36,283 nt of DNA, taken from positions 1 through 36,283 of the forward strand of contig PWVP01000132.1 in NCBI GenBank assembly GCA_003561815.1, in the 5' to 3' direction. Source of the stretch: Campylobacterota bacterium (GTDB lineage Bacteria; Campylobacterota; Campylobacteria; Campylobacterales; SZUA-545). The notes beneath the pieces are model-generated. The model had not been told where the DNA came from and did no database searches. It was given only the letters and a program-made list of their open reading frames with translations. Position 1 is the stretch's first letter. Each line of letters opens with the position of its first letter. The position numbers and the translations under genes are program-made. Of the stretch, positions 27,405 through 35,582 are shown in pieces.

Positions 27405-28428
27405 GGCCCCCCTCCGATCGTGCCGTTAAGATCGGCTGCACGCGGGCCGTACCCACCGCCATACAGCCTGGACAGCGGTGAAAGTAGAGCGGATACTCCC
27501 CCATGCACTCGCTACAGATATACTCAAACTCCAGATCCGCCATCTCGCGCTTTTCGCCCAGTGCAATCAGAAGCGAGAACTCAAACACCTCACTCTCGCT
27601 TGCAGCATCGATCCACCCTTTGGCGGTGTAGAGCTGACGCAAGAAGGGGTGCTTGCACGCCTCGGTCTCATTGAAGCGATCACGGGGCAGCCGCCAGAAG
27701 AGATCCATCGCCGCCTTGGCGCGGGATGCATCCACCTGCCGCCACGCTTCGCCCACATGGGTGTTGAAGAAAAACTCCAGCACCTGACGGCTCAAAAAGG
27801 GGGCCCGCTGCCATAGGGCCAGTAGCCGCTCGCGTTTATGCTCATCGCTCAAAGCGGCACTGGAGACGATCGATCCCGCCTGCAAAAAGGCCCGCGCACG
27901 GGTCGTATCCCGCCCCAGCTCCTCTAGCGCCTCTAGCACCTCCAAAGCCGCATTAAACTCCCGCATCTGCTCATAGATCACCAGCAAAATCTCCAGCGCC
28001 TCGGGGTTGCGCGCCTTGATCTTTAGCGCATCGAGCAGAATGTCACGGCTGCGCTTCATAAAGCCCGCTTTATGGTAGGTGCGCCCCAAAAGCACCATCA
28101 CATCAACACGCACTGATTTGTTGGCCAGAATCTCCAAGAGCGCCAGATAGATCTTAATCGCCTCGCTATACTCGCCGCTTTTGTAGTAGATGGAGGCGAG
28201 CAGCATCAGCGAATCGGTGGAGTCTGGCTGCAGACTCAGTACACTTTTATAGTCGCGCGCCTTACGATCGGCCTCAAACCGCGAAAGAAAGCGGCTGAGC
28301 TTTTTGTCCTGATCCCGTCTGCGCAGAAGCCCCCACCAGTAGTTGGCCAGCGCCACCACCGCCACCACCAGCAGCAGCATCGCCACACTAAAGAGCGGAT
28401 GGCGATGATCGATAAAGAGAAACTCCAC
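27379..28428 (-). CDS. LapB/YciM-like protein: N-terminal TM helix, TPR repeats, C-terminal rubredoxin-type zinc ribbon
   Basis: TM segment LFSVAMLLLVVAVVALANYWW, TPR-like repeats (ASIYYKSGEYSEAIKIYLALL etc.), and C-terminal CSECMGEYPLYFHRCPGC (CxxC-x11-CxxC). GTG start has an AAGGGGTGGG RBS. Confidence 0.6.
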   Translation of the reverse strand: MEFLFIDHRHPLFSVAMLLLVVAVVALANYWWGLLRRRDQDKKLSRFLSRFEADRKARDYKSVLSLQPDSTDSLMLLASIYYKSGEYSEAIKIYLALLEILANKSVRVDVMVLLGRTYHKAGFMKRSRDILLDALKIKARNPEALEILLVIYEQMREFNAALEVLEALEELGRDTTRARAFLQAGSIVSSAALSDEHKRERLLALWQRAPFLSRQVLEFFFNTHVGEAWRQVDASRAKAAMDLFWRLPRDRFNETEACKHPFLRQLYTAKGWIDAASESEVFEFSLLIALGEKREMADLEFEYICSECMGEYPLYFHRCPGCMAVGTARVQPILTARSEGGHEASAAFY

Positions 28429-28505
28429 GAGCCCACCCCTTGCGGCTAAAATGGGGAGATTATATCGCAGGGTGTGTTAGAGCGCAGGTTTTGGCCCCGG
28501 TGGCG

Positions 28506-28511
28506 TATAAT
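28506..28511 (+). promoter_or_regulatory. -10 hexamer 7 nt upstream of the dnaG ATG (possible leaderless transcript)
   Basis: TATAAT at 28506-28511, then gggctct, then ATG 28519, with no Shine-Dalgarno. An alternative TAAAAT lies at 28447-28452. Confidence 0.3.
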
Positions 28512-28518
28512 GGGCTCT

Positions 28519-30177
28519 ATGATCAAACAGGACTCAATCGAAGCGCTTAAAGCCCGGCTCGATATTGTCGAGGTGATCGGCAGCTATATCGAGCTCAAGC
28601 GCGCCGGTAGCACCTATAAGGGGTGCTGCCCCTTTCATGAGGAGCGCACACCCAGTTTTAATGTCAATCCCCAAAAGGGGTTTTACCACTGCTTTGGGTG
28701 CAAAGCGGGCGGGGATGTGATCCGGTTTGTCCAGGAGCATGAGCGCCTGGGCTTTAACGAAGCGGTGGAGAAGCTTGCCAGAGAGTACAACTTCGCCCTT
28801 GAGTTTGAGCAGGGCAGCCACGCTCCCAAGCCTAAAAACACCGCCCTTGTGGCGCTCAACCGGCTCTTTGTCGATACGCTGGGCCACCACCCCGAAGCGG
28901 CGGCCTACCTGCGCGATCGCGGCATCAGCGATGCGATGATTGAGCGCTTTGAGATCGGCTACGCCCCCGAAAGCCGCACACAGCTAGCCCGGCTTAGCCA
29001 GGAGAAGATCCCGCTACCCATGGCGATCGAGGCGGGGGGCTTTAGTGAGGGGGAGGGGGGCCGCCCCTACCCCCGCTTTATCGATCGGGTCACCTTCCCG
29101 ATCCATAATCCGCAGGGGGTGCTGGTGGGCTTTGGCGGGCGCACCCTGGGCAACCATCCGGCCAAATATGTCAACTCCGCACAGAGTGCGCTCTTTAATA
29201 AGTCGCGGCTGCTCTATGCCTACCACCTGGCCCGCGATCGGGTGCTCAAAACGAAGCGGCTGATTGTCGCCGAGGGGTATCTGGATGTGGTGATGCTCCA
29301 CCAGGCGGGCTTTGGTGAGGCGGTGGCCAGTCTGGGTACGGCCCTGACCGAGGGGCATCTGCCCCTGATCAAACGGCTGGATAATCCGGCGGTGATACTC
29401 GCCTACGATGGCGATAGTGCAGGCATCACCGCCGCCTACAAGGCGGCCACGCTTCTCTCGGCCCACGGCTTTAAGGGGGGGGTGGTGCTCTTTGAGGAGG
29501 GGCTCGATCCGGCCGACATGGTCAAAAACGGCCAGATCGAAGCGCTCAAAGCGCTGTTTGAGGGGGCTAAGCCCTTTGCCCACTTCGTGATCGATCGCCT
29601 GATTGAGGAGGCGATGGGCGAGTATGGGGGGCCAGAGGGGCGCGAGCAGGCGCGAAAACGGGTAGGGGCGTATCTCAATACCCTGGGCGCCCTCTCGGCG
29701 GAAGGGTTTGCCCACTACGCGGCCAGCCAGCTTGGAACCGATGTGCGCTATCTAAAGCCCCGATCGCAAGGGCGGCTCGCCCCCAGCAACAGCAGTCGCG
29801 CAGAGGGGGATCTCACCGAGCTGAGCGTCATTAAGACACTGCTTTTAGAGCCGGGGCTCTCTGAGGGGCTGATCGACTATCTGGATATCGGCCTCTTTGA
29901 GCGCCACGCGCAGCTCTTTGCGCTTATTGGGAGCGACCCCAACGAGCACGGTGAGCTGCGTGAACTTTTAAGCGATGATCGCATCCTGCCTCTAAGCGAG
30001 GAGGAGCTTCGCCAAAAGATCCGCCACCTGAGTATTGCACTGCTAAGGCGGCAGATGCGCCGTATCCGCACTATGCCGGGGGATTTTACGACCAAAAGCT
30101 TCCGGCTACGAAAGCTCCAGTCGGCACTCACGCAGCTTGAGCGCGGCCGACTGCTGCTGTGGGGCAGCTGGGACTAA
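28519..30177 (+). CDS. dnaG: DNA primase
   Basis: Zinc finger CPFHEERTPSFNVNPQKGFYHCFGC, and TOPRIM motifs VAEGYLDV and AYDGDSAG. Start MIKQDSIEAL matches the typical primase N-terminus. Confidence 0.92.
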   Translation: MIKQDSIEALKARLDIVEVIGSYIELKRAGSTYKGCCPFHEERTPSFNVNPQKGFYHCFGCKAGGDVIRFVQEHERLGFNEAVEKLAREYNFALEFEQGSHAPKPKNTALVALNRLFVDTLGHHPEAAAYLRDRGISDAMIERFEIGYAPESRTQLARLSQEKIPLPMAIEAGGFSEGEGGRPYPRFIDRVTFPIHNPQGVLVGFGGRTLGNHPAKYVNSAQSALFNKSRLLYAYHLARDRVLKTKRLIVAEGYLDVVMLHQAGFGEAVASLGTALTEGHLPLIKRLDNPAVILAYDGDSAGITAAYKAATLLSAHGFKGGVVLFEEGLDPADMVKNGQIEALKALFEGAKPFAHFVIDRLIEEAMGEYGGPEGREQARKRVGAYLNTLGALSAEGFAHYAASQLGTDVRYLKPRSQGRLAPSNSSRAEGDLTELSVIKTLLLEPGLSEGLIDYLDIGLFERHAQLFALIGSDPNEHGELRELLSDDRILPLSEEELRQKIRHLSIALLRRQMRRIRTMPGDFTTKSFRLRKLQSALTQLERGRLLLWGSWD

Positions 30178-30920
30178 AAGCGCAGCGCCGCCCCCATAAA
30201 GAGACCACCTACTGTCACATCGGCGTCGGCATCCACCCCGCTTAGACCATCGATATCGATCTTCTGGGTTCGATAGCCCGCCTCAATCGCCAGATCCACA
30301 ATCAGGCTCAACGGCACCCAGCTCACCGTCAAACGGCTGTCGCTAAAGCTTGAGCCGCTGTAGCGGATCATCTTCGTATCCGCCTCAAGCGTCACACCGG
30401 TGCCCGGAATCGGCACCGCCACAGCCAGATAGCCCACCGGCAGCACAAAGTCCAGATCGGTCTTCTCGCTCTGCCCTACACTGCTCATCGCCAACTCACC
30501 GTCAAAGAGCTTCGCCCCCAGGCCAAAGTCGATGCTCACCAGCGGCAGTGGAAAGCCCCAGTAGAGCAGCACATCGGTCTGGGTGAGATCCAGCGTGGTG
30601 TCTGCGTCCACTCCAAAGGTCTCATCGCCAAACGCGATTGTCTGCTTGGCCGATCCATCGAAGCTCAGACTGCTTCGCTCCAGACGCAGATTGGGGATCA
30701 CCGGAACGGGGTGGTTAAGATAGGCCCACATATAGAGGCTGTTTTCAGAGGAGAGGCCCGCATCCCGCTTGAGATTAAAGGCATCGCCTTCGTACTGTGC
30801 GTCACCGGAGGGCTCTGCCGACCAGATCCCCATCCCGGCACCAAAACCTAAAAACTCCGCCTGGGCGGCGCTGGCTAGCAGACCACTAAGGGCCAGGCCC
30901 GCTATAAACTTTCTCATCAT
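30174..30920 (-). CDS. outer-membrane beta-barrel protein (resembles the TIGR04219 family)
   Basis: Signal peptide MMRKFIAGLALSGLLASAAQA, alternating-hydrophobic beta-strand pattern, and a C-terminal aromatic residue (...GAALRF). AGGAG RBS. Confidence 0.65.
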   Translation of the reverse strand: MMRKFIAGLALSGLLASAAQAEFLGFGAGMGIWSAEPSGDAQYEGDAFNLKRDAGLSSENSLYMWAYLNHPVPVIPNLRLERSSLSFDGSAKQTIAFGDETFGVDADTTLDLTQTDVLLYWGFPLPLVSIDFGLGAKLFDGELAMSSVGQSEKTDLDFVLPVGYLAVAVPIPGTGVTLEADTKMIRYSGSSFSDSRLTVSWVPLSLIVDLAIEAGYRTQKIDIDGLSGVDADADVTVGGLFMGAALRF

Positions 30921-30991
30921 CCCTCTCCTTTTTGGTTTGGATTCAAACTTCTTTAAGCCTAAATCGTTAAAATTTCGGCCTCACAACTTGT

Positions 30992-31067
30992 GGGGCTATA
31001 GCTCAGCTGGGAGAGCGCCTGCATGGCATGCAGGAGGTCAGCGGTTCGATCCCGCTTAGCTCCACCA
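30992..31067 (+). tRNA. tRNA-Ala (anticodon GGC)
   Basis: 76-nt cloverleaf: acceptor GGGGCTA/TAGCTCC with the G3:U70 alanine identity pair, anticodon arm CCTGC-ATGGCAT-GCAGG, T-arm AGCGG-TTCGATC-CCGCT, and an encoded CCA. GTTAAAAT at 30966-30973 is a possible -10. Confidence 0.95.
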
Positions 31068-31086
31068 ACTCACCCCGATCTTAACA

Positions 31087-32007
31087 CTAACGATTTCCAT
31101 CTAACCAGACCATGATCCCCTTTTGGGCGTGGAGGCGGTTTTCCGCTTCGGTAAAGATGGTCTCTGCGTGGGCCTCGAAGGTCTCTTCGCTCACCTCTTC
31201 GCCCCGGTGGGCCGGCAGACAGTGCAGAAAGAGTGCGCCCTCTTTGGCCAGCGCCATCAGCGACTCATCCACCGTAAAGCCGGCGAAATCTGTAAGCCGT
31301 TTTTCGTTTTCGGCCTCCTGACCCATGCTGGTCCAGACATCGGTGGTGACCACGGTGGCCCCGCTAACCACCGCCTTTGGGTCGTGGCCGTAACGGATGA
31401 TCGCGCCACTGCTTTTGGCAAAGCTCTCGGCCATCTGCACCCACCGATCGGGCAGCTCATACCCTTTGGGCGTGGCGATTCGCAGCTCAAAGCCCAGCTT
31501 GGCCGCGAGCATCAACCAGCTGGCCGCCATGTTGTTCCCATCGCCGATCCAGGCGACCACTGCCCCCTCGGCACACCCTCGCTCCTGCATCGTCATATAG
31601 TCCGCCATCAGCTGCACCGGATGAAAATCGTCACTCAGGCCGTTGATCACCGGCACAGGCGAGTGGGCGGCAAACTCCTCAAGCCGGGCGTGCTCAAAGG
31701 TGCGAATCATCACCATATCGCACATGCGGCCAATCACCCGGGCGGTATCTTTCATCGGCTCACCGCGTCCGAGCTGAATATCGCGGCTGGAGAGAAAGAG
31801 CGGATGCATCCCCAGCTGCCGTGCGCCCACCTCGAAGCTGACCCGGGTGCGGGTGGAGGACTTTTCAAAGATCATCGCGAGTGTTTTGCCGCTCATCAGT
31901 GGTTTAGCCTGGCCCGCTTTGAGATCGGCTTTGAGCCGGTGGGCGATGGAGAGCATCTCCAAAAGCTCCTCTTTTGAGAAGTCTTTAAGCCCTAAAAAGT
32001 GTCGCAT
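31087..32007 (-). CDS. argF: ornithine carbamoyltransferase
   Basis: STRTR motif ([13 protein letters not shown]), HPVQ, DGNNM, and [14 protein letters not shown] 32007 ([10 protein letters not shown]) lies 7 nt after GAGGAA. Confidence 0.92.
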   Translation of the reverse strand: MRHFLGLKDFSKEELLEMLSIAHRLKADLKAGQAKPLMSGKTLAMIFEKSSTRTRVSFEVGARQLGMHPLFLSSRDIQLGRGEPMKDTARVIGRMCDMVMIRTFEHARLEEFAAHSPVPVINGLSDDFHPVQLMADYMTMQERGCAEGAVVAWIGDGNNMAASWLMLAAKLGFELRIATPKGYELPDRWVQMAESFAKSSGAIIRYGHDPKAVVSGATVVTTDVWTSMGQEAENEKRLTDFAGFTVDESLMALAKEGALFLHCLPAHRGEEVSEETFEAHAETIFTEAENRLHAQKGIMVWLDGNR

Positions 32008-32052
32008 TCTGGTTTCCTCACTCAAAATAGAAGCGCTAAGTCTATCACAAAC

Positions 32053-33042
32053 CTAAAAGAGGCGCAGCTGCCGATCGAGTAGCGCACAGAGCTCTCTGGC
32101 GTGGTAGGTGATGATCAGATCCGCCCCGGCGCGCTTAAAGCTCACCATCGTCTCCATCAGAACCTTCTCATACTCGATCAATCCCGCCCTCTGTGCCGCT
32201 TTGAGCATCGCATACTCGCCGCTGACATTATAGACCGCCAAGGGCCGATCGCTCGCTTCACGGATGGCCCGCACCACATCCAGATAGGCCAGAGCCGGTT
32301 TGACCATCAGCACATCGGCCCCTTGCGCCTCATCTTCGAGGCTCTCAAGCACCGCCTCGCGGGCGTTTCGCGGATCCATCTGATAGGTGCGCCGATCGCC
32401 GTGCGAGGGGGCCGATTCGGCCACATCCCGAAAGGGACCGTAGTACCCGCTCGCAAACTTTGTCGAATAACTCATAATGGGCAGATTCTCATAACCGGCA
32501 CTATCAAGCGCCGTGCGGATCGCGGCGATCATGCCGTCCATCATCCCTGACGGGGCGATCATGTCCGCACCCGCTTGAGCGTGGATAATCGCCTGATCGC
32601 CGAGCAGCTTGAGCGTGGCGTCGTTGGCCACGCTACCGGTTTTGGGATCGAGGATGCCGCAGTGGCCGTGATCGGTGTACTCACAAAAGCACAAATCGGT
32701 CATCACCACCAGATCGGGCAGGGCCGCTTTAAGCGCGCGCACGGTGGTGGCGATAATCCCCTCGCTGCTGAGCGCATCGCTGCCGACACTATCTTTTACA
32801 TCGGGGATCCCAAAGAGCATCACCGCACAAATCCCCTCGGCATAGGCCGCCTCGGCCTCTTTGATCAGCTCATCGATGCTCAGCTGAAACACGCCGGGCA
32901 TGGAGGCCACTTCGTTTCGGATCCCCTCGCCAAAGCGGGCAAAAAGCGGATAGATCAGATCGGTTTTTTTCAGATCGGTTTCGGCCAGCAGGTTTCGTAG
33001 ATTTTCACTCTGTCGTAGACGCCGAAAGCGTTTATGCTCCAT
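32053..33042 (-). CDS. hemB: porphobilinogen synthase (zinc-type)
   Basis: Cys-rich zinc site [14 protein letters not shown], active-site region MVKPAL, and VSGEYAM. ATG 33042 ([10 protein letters not shown]) follows AAGGA; the track's 72-aa extension is spurious. Confidence 0.92.
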   Translation of the reverse strand: MEHKRFRRLRQSENLRNLLAETDLKKTDLIYPLFARFGEGIRNEVASMPGVFQLSIDELIKEAEAAYAEGICAVMLFGIPDVKDSVGSDALSSEGIIATTVRALKAALPDLVVMTDLCFCEYTDHGHCGILDPKTGSVANDATLKLLGDQAIIHAQAGADMIAPSGMMDGMIAAIRTALDSAGYENLPIMSYSTKFASGYYGPFRDVAESAPSHGDRRTYQMDPRNAREAVLESLEDEAQGADVLMVKPALAYLDVVRAIREASDRPLAVYNVSGEYAMLKAAQRAGLIEYEKVLMETMVSFKRAGADLIITYHARELCALLDRQLRLF

Positions 33043-33074
33043 AACACCATCCTTAGCTTCTCGTAAATCGGACG

Positions 33075-33098
33075 ATTTTAACCAGAGTTGGTTAAAAT
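33075..33098. promoter_or_regulatory. palindromic back-to-back -10 elements for divergent hemB and ribA
   Basis: TTTTAACC-agagtt-GGTTAAAA (33076-33097), a perfect 8-bp inverted repeat. It reads GGTTAAAAT on both strands: TAAAAT at 33093-33098 (+) and at 33080-33075 (-). Confidence 0.45.
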
Positions 33099-33105
33099 CC
33101 GCGCC

Positions 33106-33684
33106 ATGAACGAAACCGAAGTGACCCTCTCTAGTGTCGCCAATCTTCCCAGCCGACACGGGCCTTTTAAGGTGCAGGCCTTTAAGGAGGGGCACAAAGA
33201 GCATCTGCTGATCTGGACCGAAAACCTCGCGTGTGAAGCGCCACTGGTGCGGGTGCATAGCGAGTGCGTGACCGGCGATGCGCTGGGTAGCCGCAAGTGT
33301 GACTGCGGCGATCAGCTCGATCAGGCGATGTTTCTGATCCAGAAGGCCGGCTGTGGGGCGATTTTATATCTGCGCCAGGAGGGGCGCAATATCGGTCTGC
33401 TCAACAAAATCAACGCCTATGCGCTTCAGGATCAAGGGCTCGACACCGTCGCGGCCAATCATCAGCTAGGGTTTGCCGACGATGAGCGCAGCTACGAGAT
33501 TGCGGAGTTCATGCTGGAGCATCTAGGACTTAAACAGATCCGTCTGCTGACCAACAACCCCAACAAGCTCGAAAGCTTTGCTAAGATCACGATCGCAGAG
33601 CGGGTGCCACTGATTGCCGAGCCCAACGAGTACAATCGCGGCTACCTGCAGACCAAAAAGGAAAAGAGCGGCCATCTGCTCTAG
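33106..33684 (+). CDS. ribA: GTP cyclohydrolase II
   Basis: Zinc motif [19 protein letters not shown], then [11 protein letters not shown]. The N-terminus aligns from ATG 33106. Confidence 0.92.
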   Translation: MNETEVTLSSVANLPSRHGPFKVQAFKEGHKEHLLIWTENLACEAPLVRVHSECVTGDALGSRKCDCGDQLDQAMFLIQKAGCGAILYLRQEGRNIGLLNKINAYALQDQGLDTVAANHQLGFADDERSYEIAEFMLEHLGLKQIRLLTNNPNKLESFAKITIAERVPLIAEPNEYNRGYLQTKKEKSGHLL

Positions 33685-33695
33685 GGAGGCGCCCC

Positions 33696-33998
33696 ATGCC
33701 CAATAGCACTATGGACAAAGCTAAAGCGCTCCAGATACTGCGAGAGCACAAGCTGGAGTTTGCCCGCGATTTCGGCGTGGAGGAGATCGGGATCTTTGGC
33801 AGTTACGCGAGCGATCGGGCAACCCCTCAAAGCGATATGGATATATTTGCCAAGATGCCTCCGAAGTTTGATCGGGTGGTCCGGCTGCAAGAGCGACTCG
33901 AAAAGCTGCTCGGATGCCGTGTGGACCTCATCCGTTTGCGCAGCCAAATGAACGCCAGGCTGCGCGAAAACATCCAAAGAGAGGGGCTCTGTGCTTAG
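33696..33998 (+). CDS. mntA: MNT-type nucleotidyltransferase antitoxin (MntA-like)
   Basis: Minimal nucleotidyltransferase motif GIFGSYASDRATPQSDMDIF (GS...DxD). 100 aa, GGGAGG RBS, overlaps the downstream HEPN gene by 8 nt. Confidence 0.85.
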   Translation: MPNSTMDKAKALQILREHKLEFARDFGVEEIGIFGSYASDRATPQSDMDIFAKMPPKFDRVVRLQERLEKLLGCRVDLIRLRSQMNARLRENIQREGLCA

Positions 33999-34380
33999 CC
34001 CAAATCAACGCGAAGATGTTTGCTCTACGCTGGAGAATATCCAGTTCTCTTTGGAGCTAATCGCCGAAAGATTTCAATCCATCCGGACAAGCGATGATTT
34101 TCTCGATAGCAAAGAGGGGCTAGAGCACCTCGACTCCATCTCCATGAGGCTGATTGCCATCGGTGAGGCCTTCAAAAATATCGACAAAATCAGTGATGGT
34201 GCCCTGCTTGAACCCTATCGTGATATTGAGTGGCGAGGGATAAAAGGGATCCGCGATAAGCTCTCGCACCACTATTTTGATATCGATAGCGAAATCATCT
34301 TTGATATTTGCGACACCCGGCTCAAGAGGCTCGCCTGGGCTGTAGACGACATGCTGCAGCGCCTAAAGGCTCAGGCTTGA
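33991..34380 (+). CDS. hepT: HEPN/DUF86 toxin (HepT-like RNase)
   Basis: Rx4HxY motif RDKLSHHY near the C-terminus. 129 aa, paired with the upstream MNT gene. Confidence 0.85.
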   Translation: MLSPNQREDVCSTLENIQFSLELIAERFQSIRTSDDFLDSKEGLEHLDSISMRLIAIGEAFKNIDKISDGALLEPYRDIEWRGIKGIRDKLSHHYFDIDSEIIFDICDTRLKRLAWAVDDMLQRLKAQA

Positions 34381-34403
34381 CACAGCAAGAAGAGGGTGCC
34401 TAA

Positions 34404-34985
34404 ATGGAGGTGCTAAAAGAGCGACTTTTGGCCCACCGCCTGATCCTGCCAGAGCACTTTTATGATCGCTGTGCGCAGTACGCCAGTGCGCTGCTGGCGT
34501 GGAATAAGATCCACAACCTCAGCGGCGCAACGACGCTGGGGCAGCTGCGCGATCACCTCTTTGACAGCCTCTATCCGCTCACCTTTTTAGAGGACTTTGA
34601 GAGCGCGATCGATATCGGCACGGGTGCGGGGTTTCCAGGGCTGATCCTGGCGATGGCTAAAGAGCGCAGCCGCTTTGAGCTGATCGAGCCGCTTCAGAAG
34701 CGGGCGGGGTTTTTGCAGTTTGTGGTGAGCACGCTCAAGCTGAGTAATGCCACGGTGGTTAATAGCCGCATCGAACAGCTCACCCCCCACCGGGTGGACC
34801 TGATCACCTCCCGGGCGGTCAGTAGTGCTAAAAACCTCTACGATCTGAGCCTTCCCTTTATGGATCGCCAGACGCAGCTGCTTCTCTATAAAGGCCAAAA
34901 CACCGCCGATGAGGCTGAGAGCATCCAGGCAGAGCGCATTCGCGCAGAGCACGCAACCTATCTACTGGCAAGGAGAGCGCCATGA
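34404..34985 (+). CDS. rsmG: 16S rRNA (guanine527-N7)-methyltransferase RsmG/GidB
   Basis: SAM-binding DIGTGAGFPGL, and EPLQKRAGFL. 193 aa. Confidence 0.9.
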   Translation: MEVLKERLLAHRLILPEHFYDRCAQYASALLAWNKIHNLSGATTLGQLRDHLFDSLYPLTFLEDFESAIDIGTGAGFPGLILAMAKERSRFELIEPLQKRAGFLQFVVSTLKLSNATVVNSRIEQLTPHRVDLITSRAVSSAKNLYDLSLPFMDRQTQLLLYKGQNTADEAESIQAERIRAEHATYLLARRAP

Positions 34986-35203
34986 TCTCAATCGGAAAAC
35001 TGCTGGTGCTGGCGCTGCTGCTTGTGGGGGTCTATTTCCTCTTCTTTCGCAAGCCGCGCAAAAAGCCCAAAGCCCCGCCAAAGCACGGGGAGGAGACCCT
35101 GACCCCCTGCGAGGCGTGTGGCACCTATGTCAGCCACGGTGAAGCGGTGATCAAAGATGGCCGCTTCTTCTGCTCCAAAAGCTGTGCTAAACTCCCTAGG
35201 TAA
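34982..35203 (+). CDS. small membrane-anchored zinc-ribbon protein (PP0621-like)
   Basis: N-terminal TM helix LLVLALLLVGVYFLFF, a basic linker, and C-terminal CEACGTYVSHGEAVIKDGRFFCSKSC. ATG overlaps the rsmG stop (ATGA). Confidence 0.6.
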   Translation: MISIGKLLVLALLLVGVYFLFFRKPRKKPKAPPKHGEETLTPCEACGTYVSHGEAVIKDGRFFCSKSCAKLPR

Positions 35204-35212
35204 GGAGCAAAA

Positions 35213-35578
35213 ATGGTTCTCATCGGAATTCATCCGGCTGTCGATCATGAAAAAGAGGTCTGCTTTCTAAAAAGCGCAGAGGCGATCAGCACCACCCCCA
35301 CCGGAAGTCTGGTGGTGCTCGATTTTAACGAGTCGGATCTGGCGCTCTATGCCACCTGCGAGGTGCCGCTGGGGGGGATCGTGCACAATATCCGGGAGTT
35401 TGTGCTTCTGATGAACACCCGTGTGCGCTACGCGATCGCCTCTTTAGAGCTGGCCGCGGAGCTGCAAAAGCTCGCCGATCACTACCTGAGCGATGTGAAG
35501 GTGCTCGCCCACACGAAAGCTTCGGCGCTGGATACGGTGGCGCTGGCGGGCATCGACGGCATCCTGGTTAAGGCGTAG
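35213..35578 (+). CDS. hypothetical protein (121 aa, no recognisable motif)
   Basis: ORF in GC-rich coding-like composition, co-directional and 9 nt after the preceding gene, with AAGGAG upstream. I cannot assign a family. Confidence 0.5.
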   Translation: MVLIGIHPAVDHEKEVCFLKSAEAISTTPTGSLVVLDFNESDLALYATCEVPLGGIVHNIREFVLLMNTRVRYAIASLELAAELQKLADHYLSDVKVLAHTKASALDTVALAGIDGILVKA

Positions 35579-35582
35579 CGCC

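Noticed and set aside
33043-33105. FMN riboswitch upstream of ribA and SAM riboswitch upstream of metK.
   Set aside because: The ribA upstream region is only 63 nt and is shared with divergent hemB. The metK start overlaps aroC. Neither leaves room for a riboswitch aptamer.
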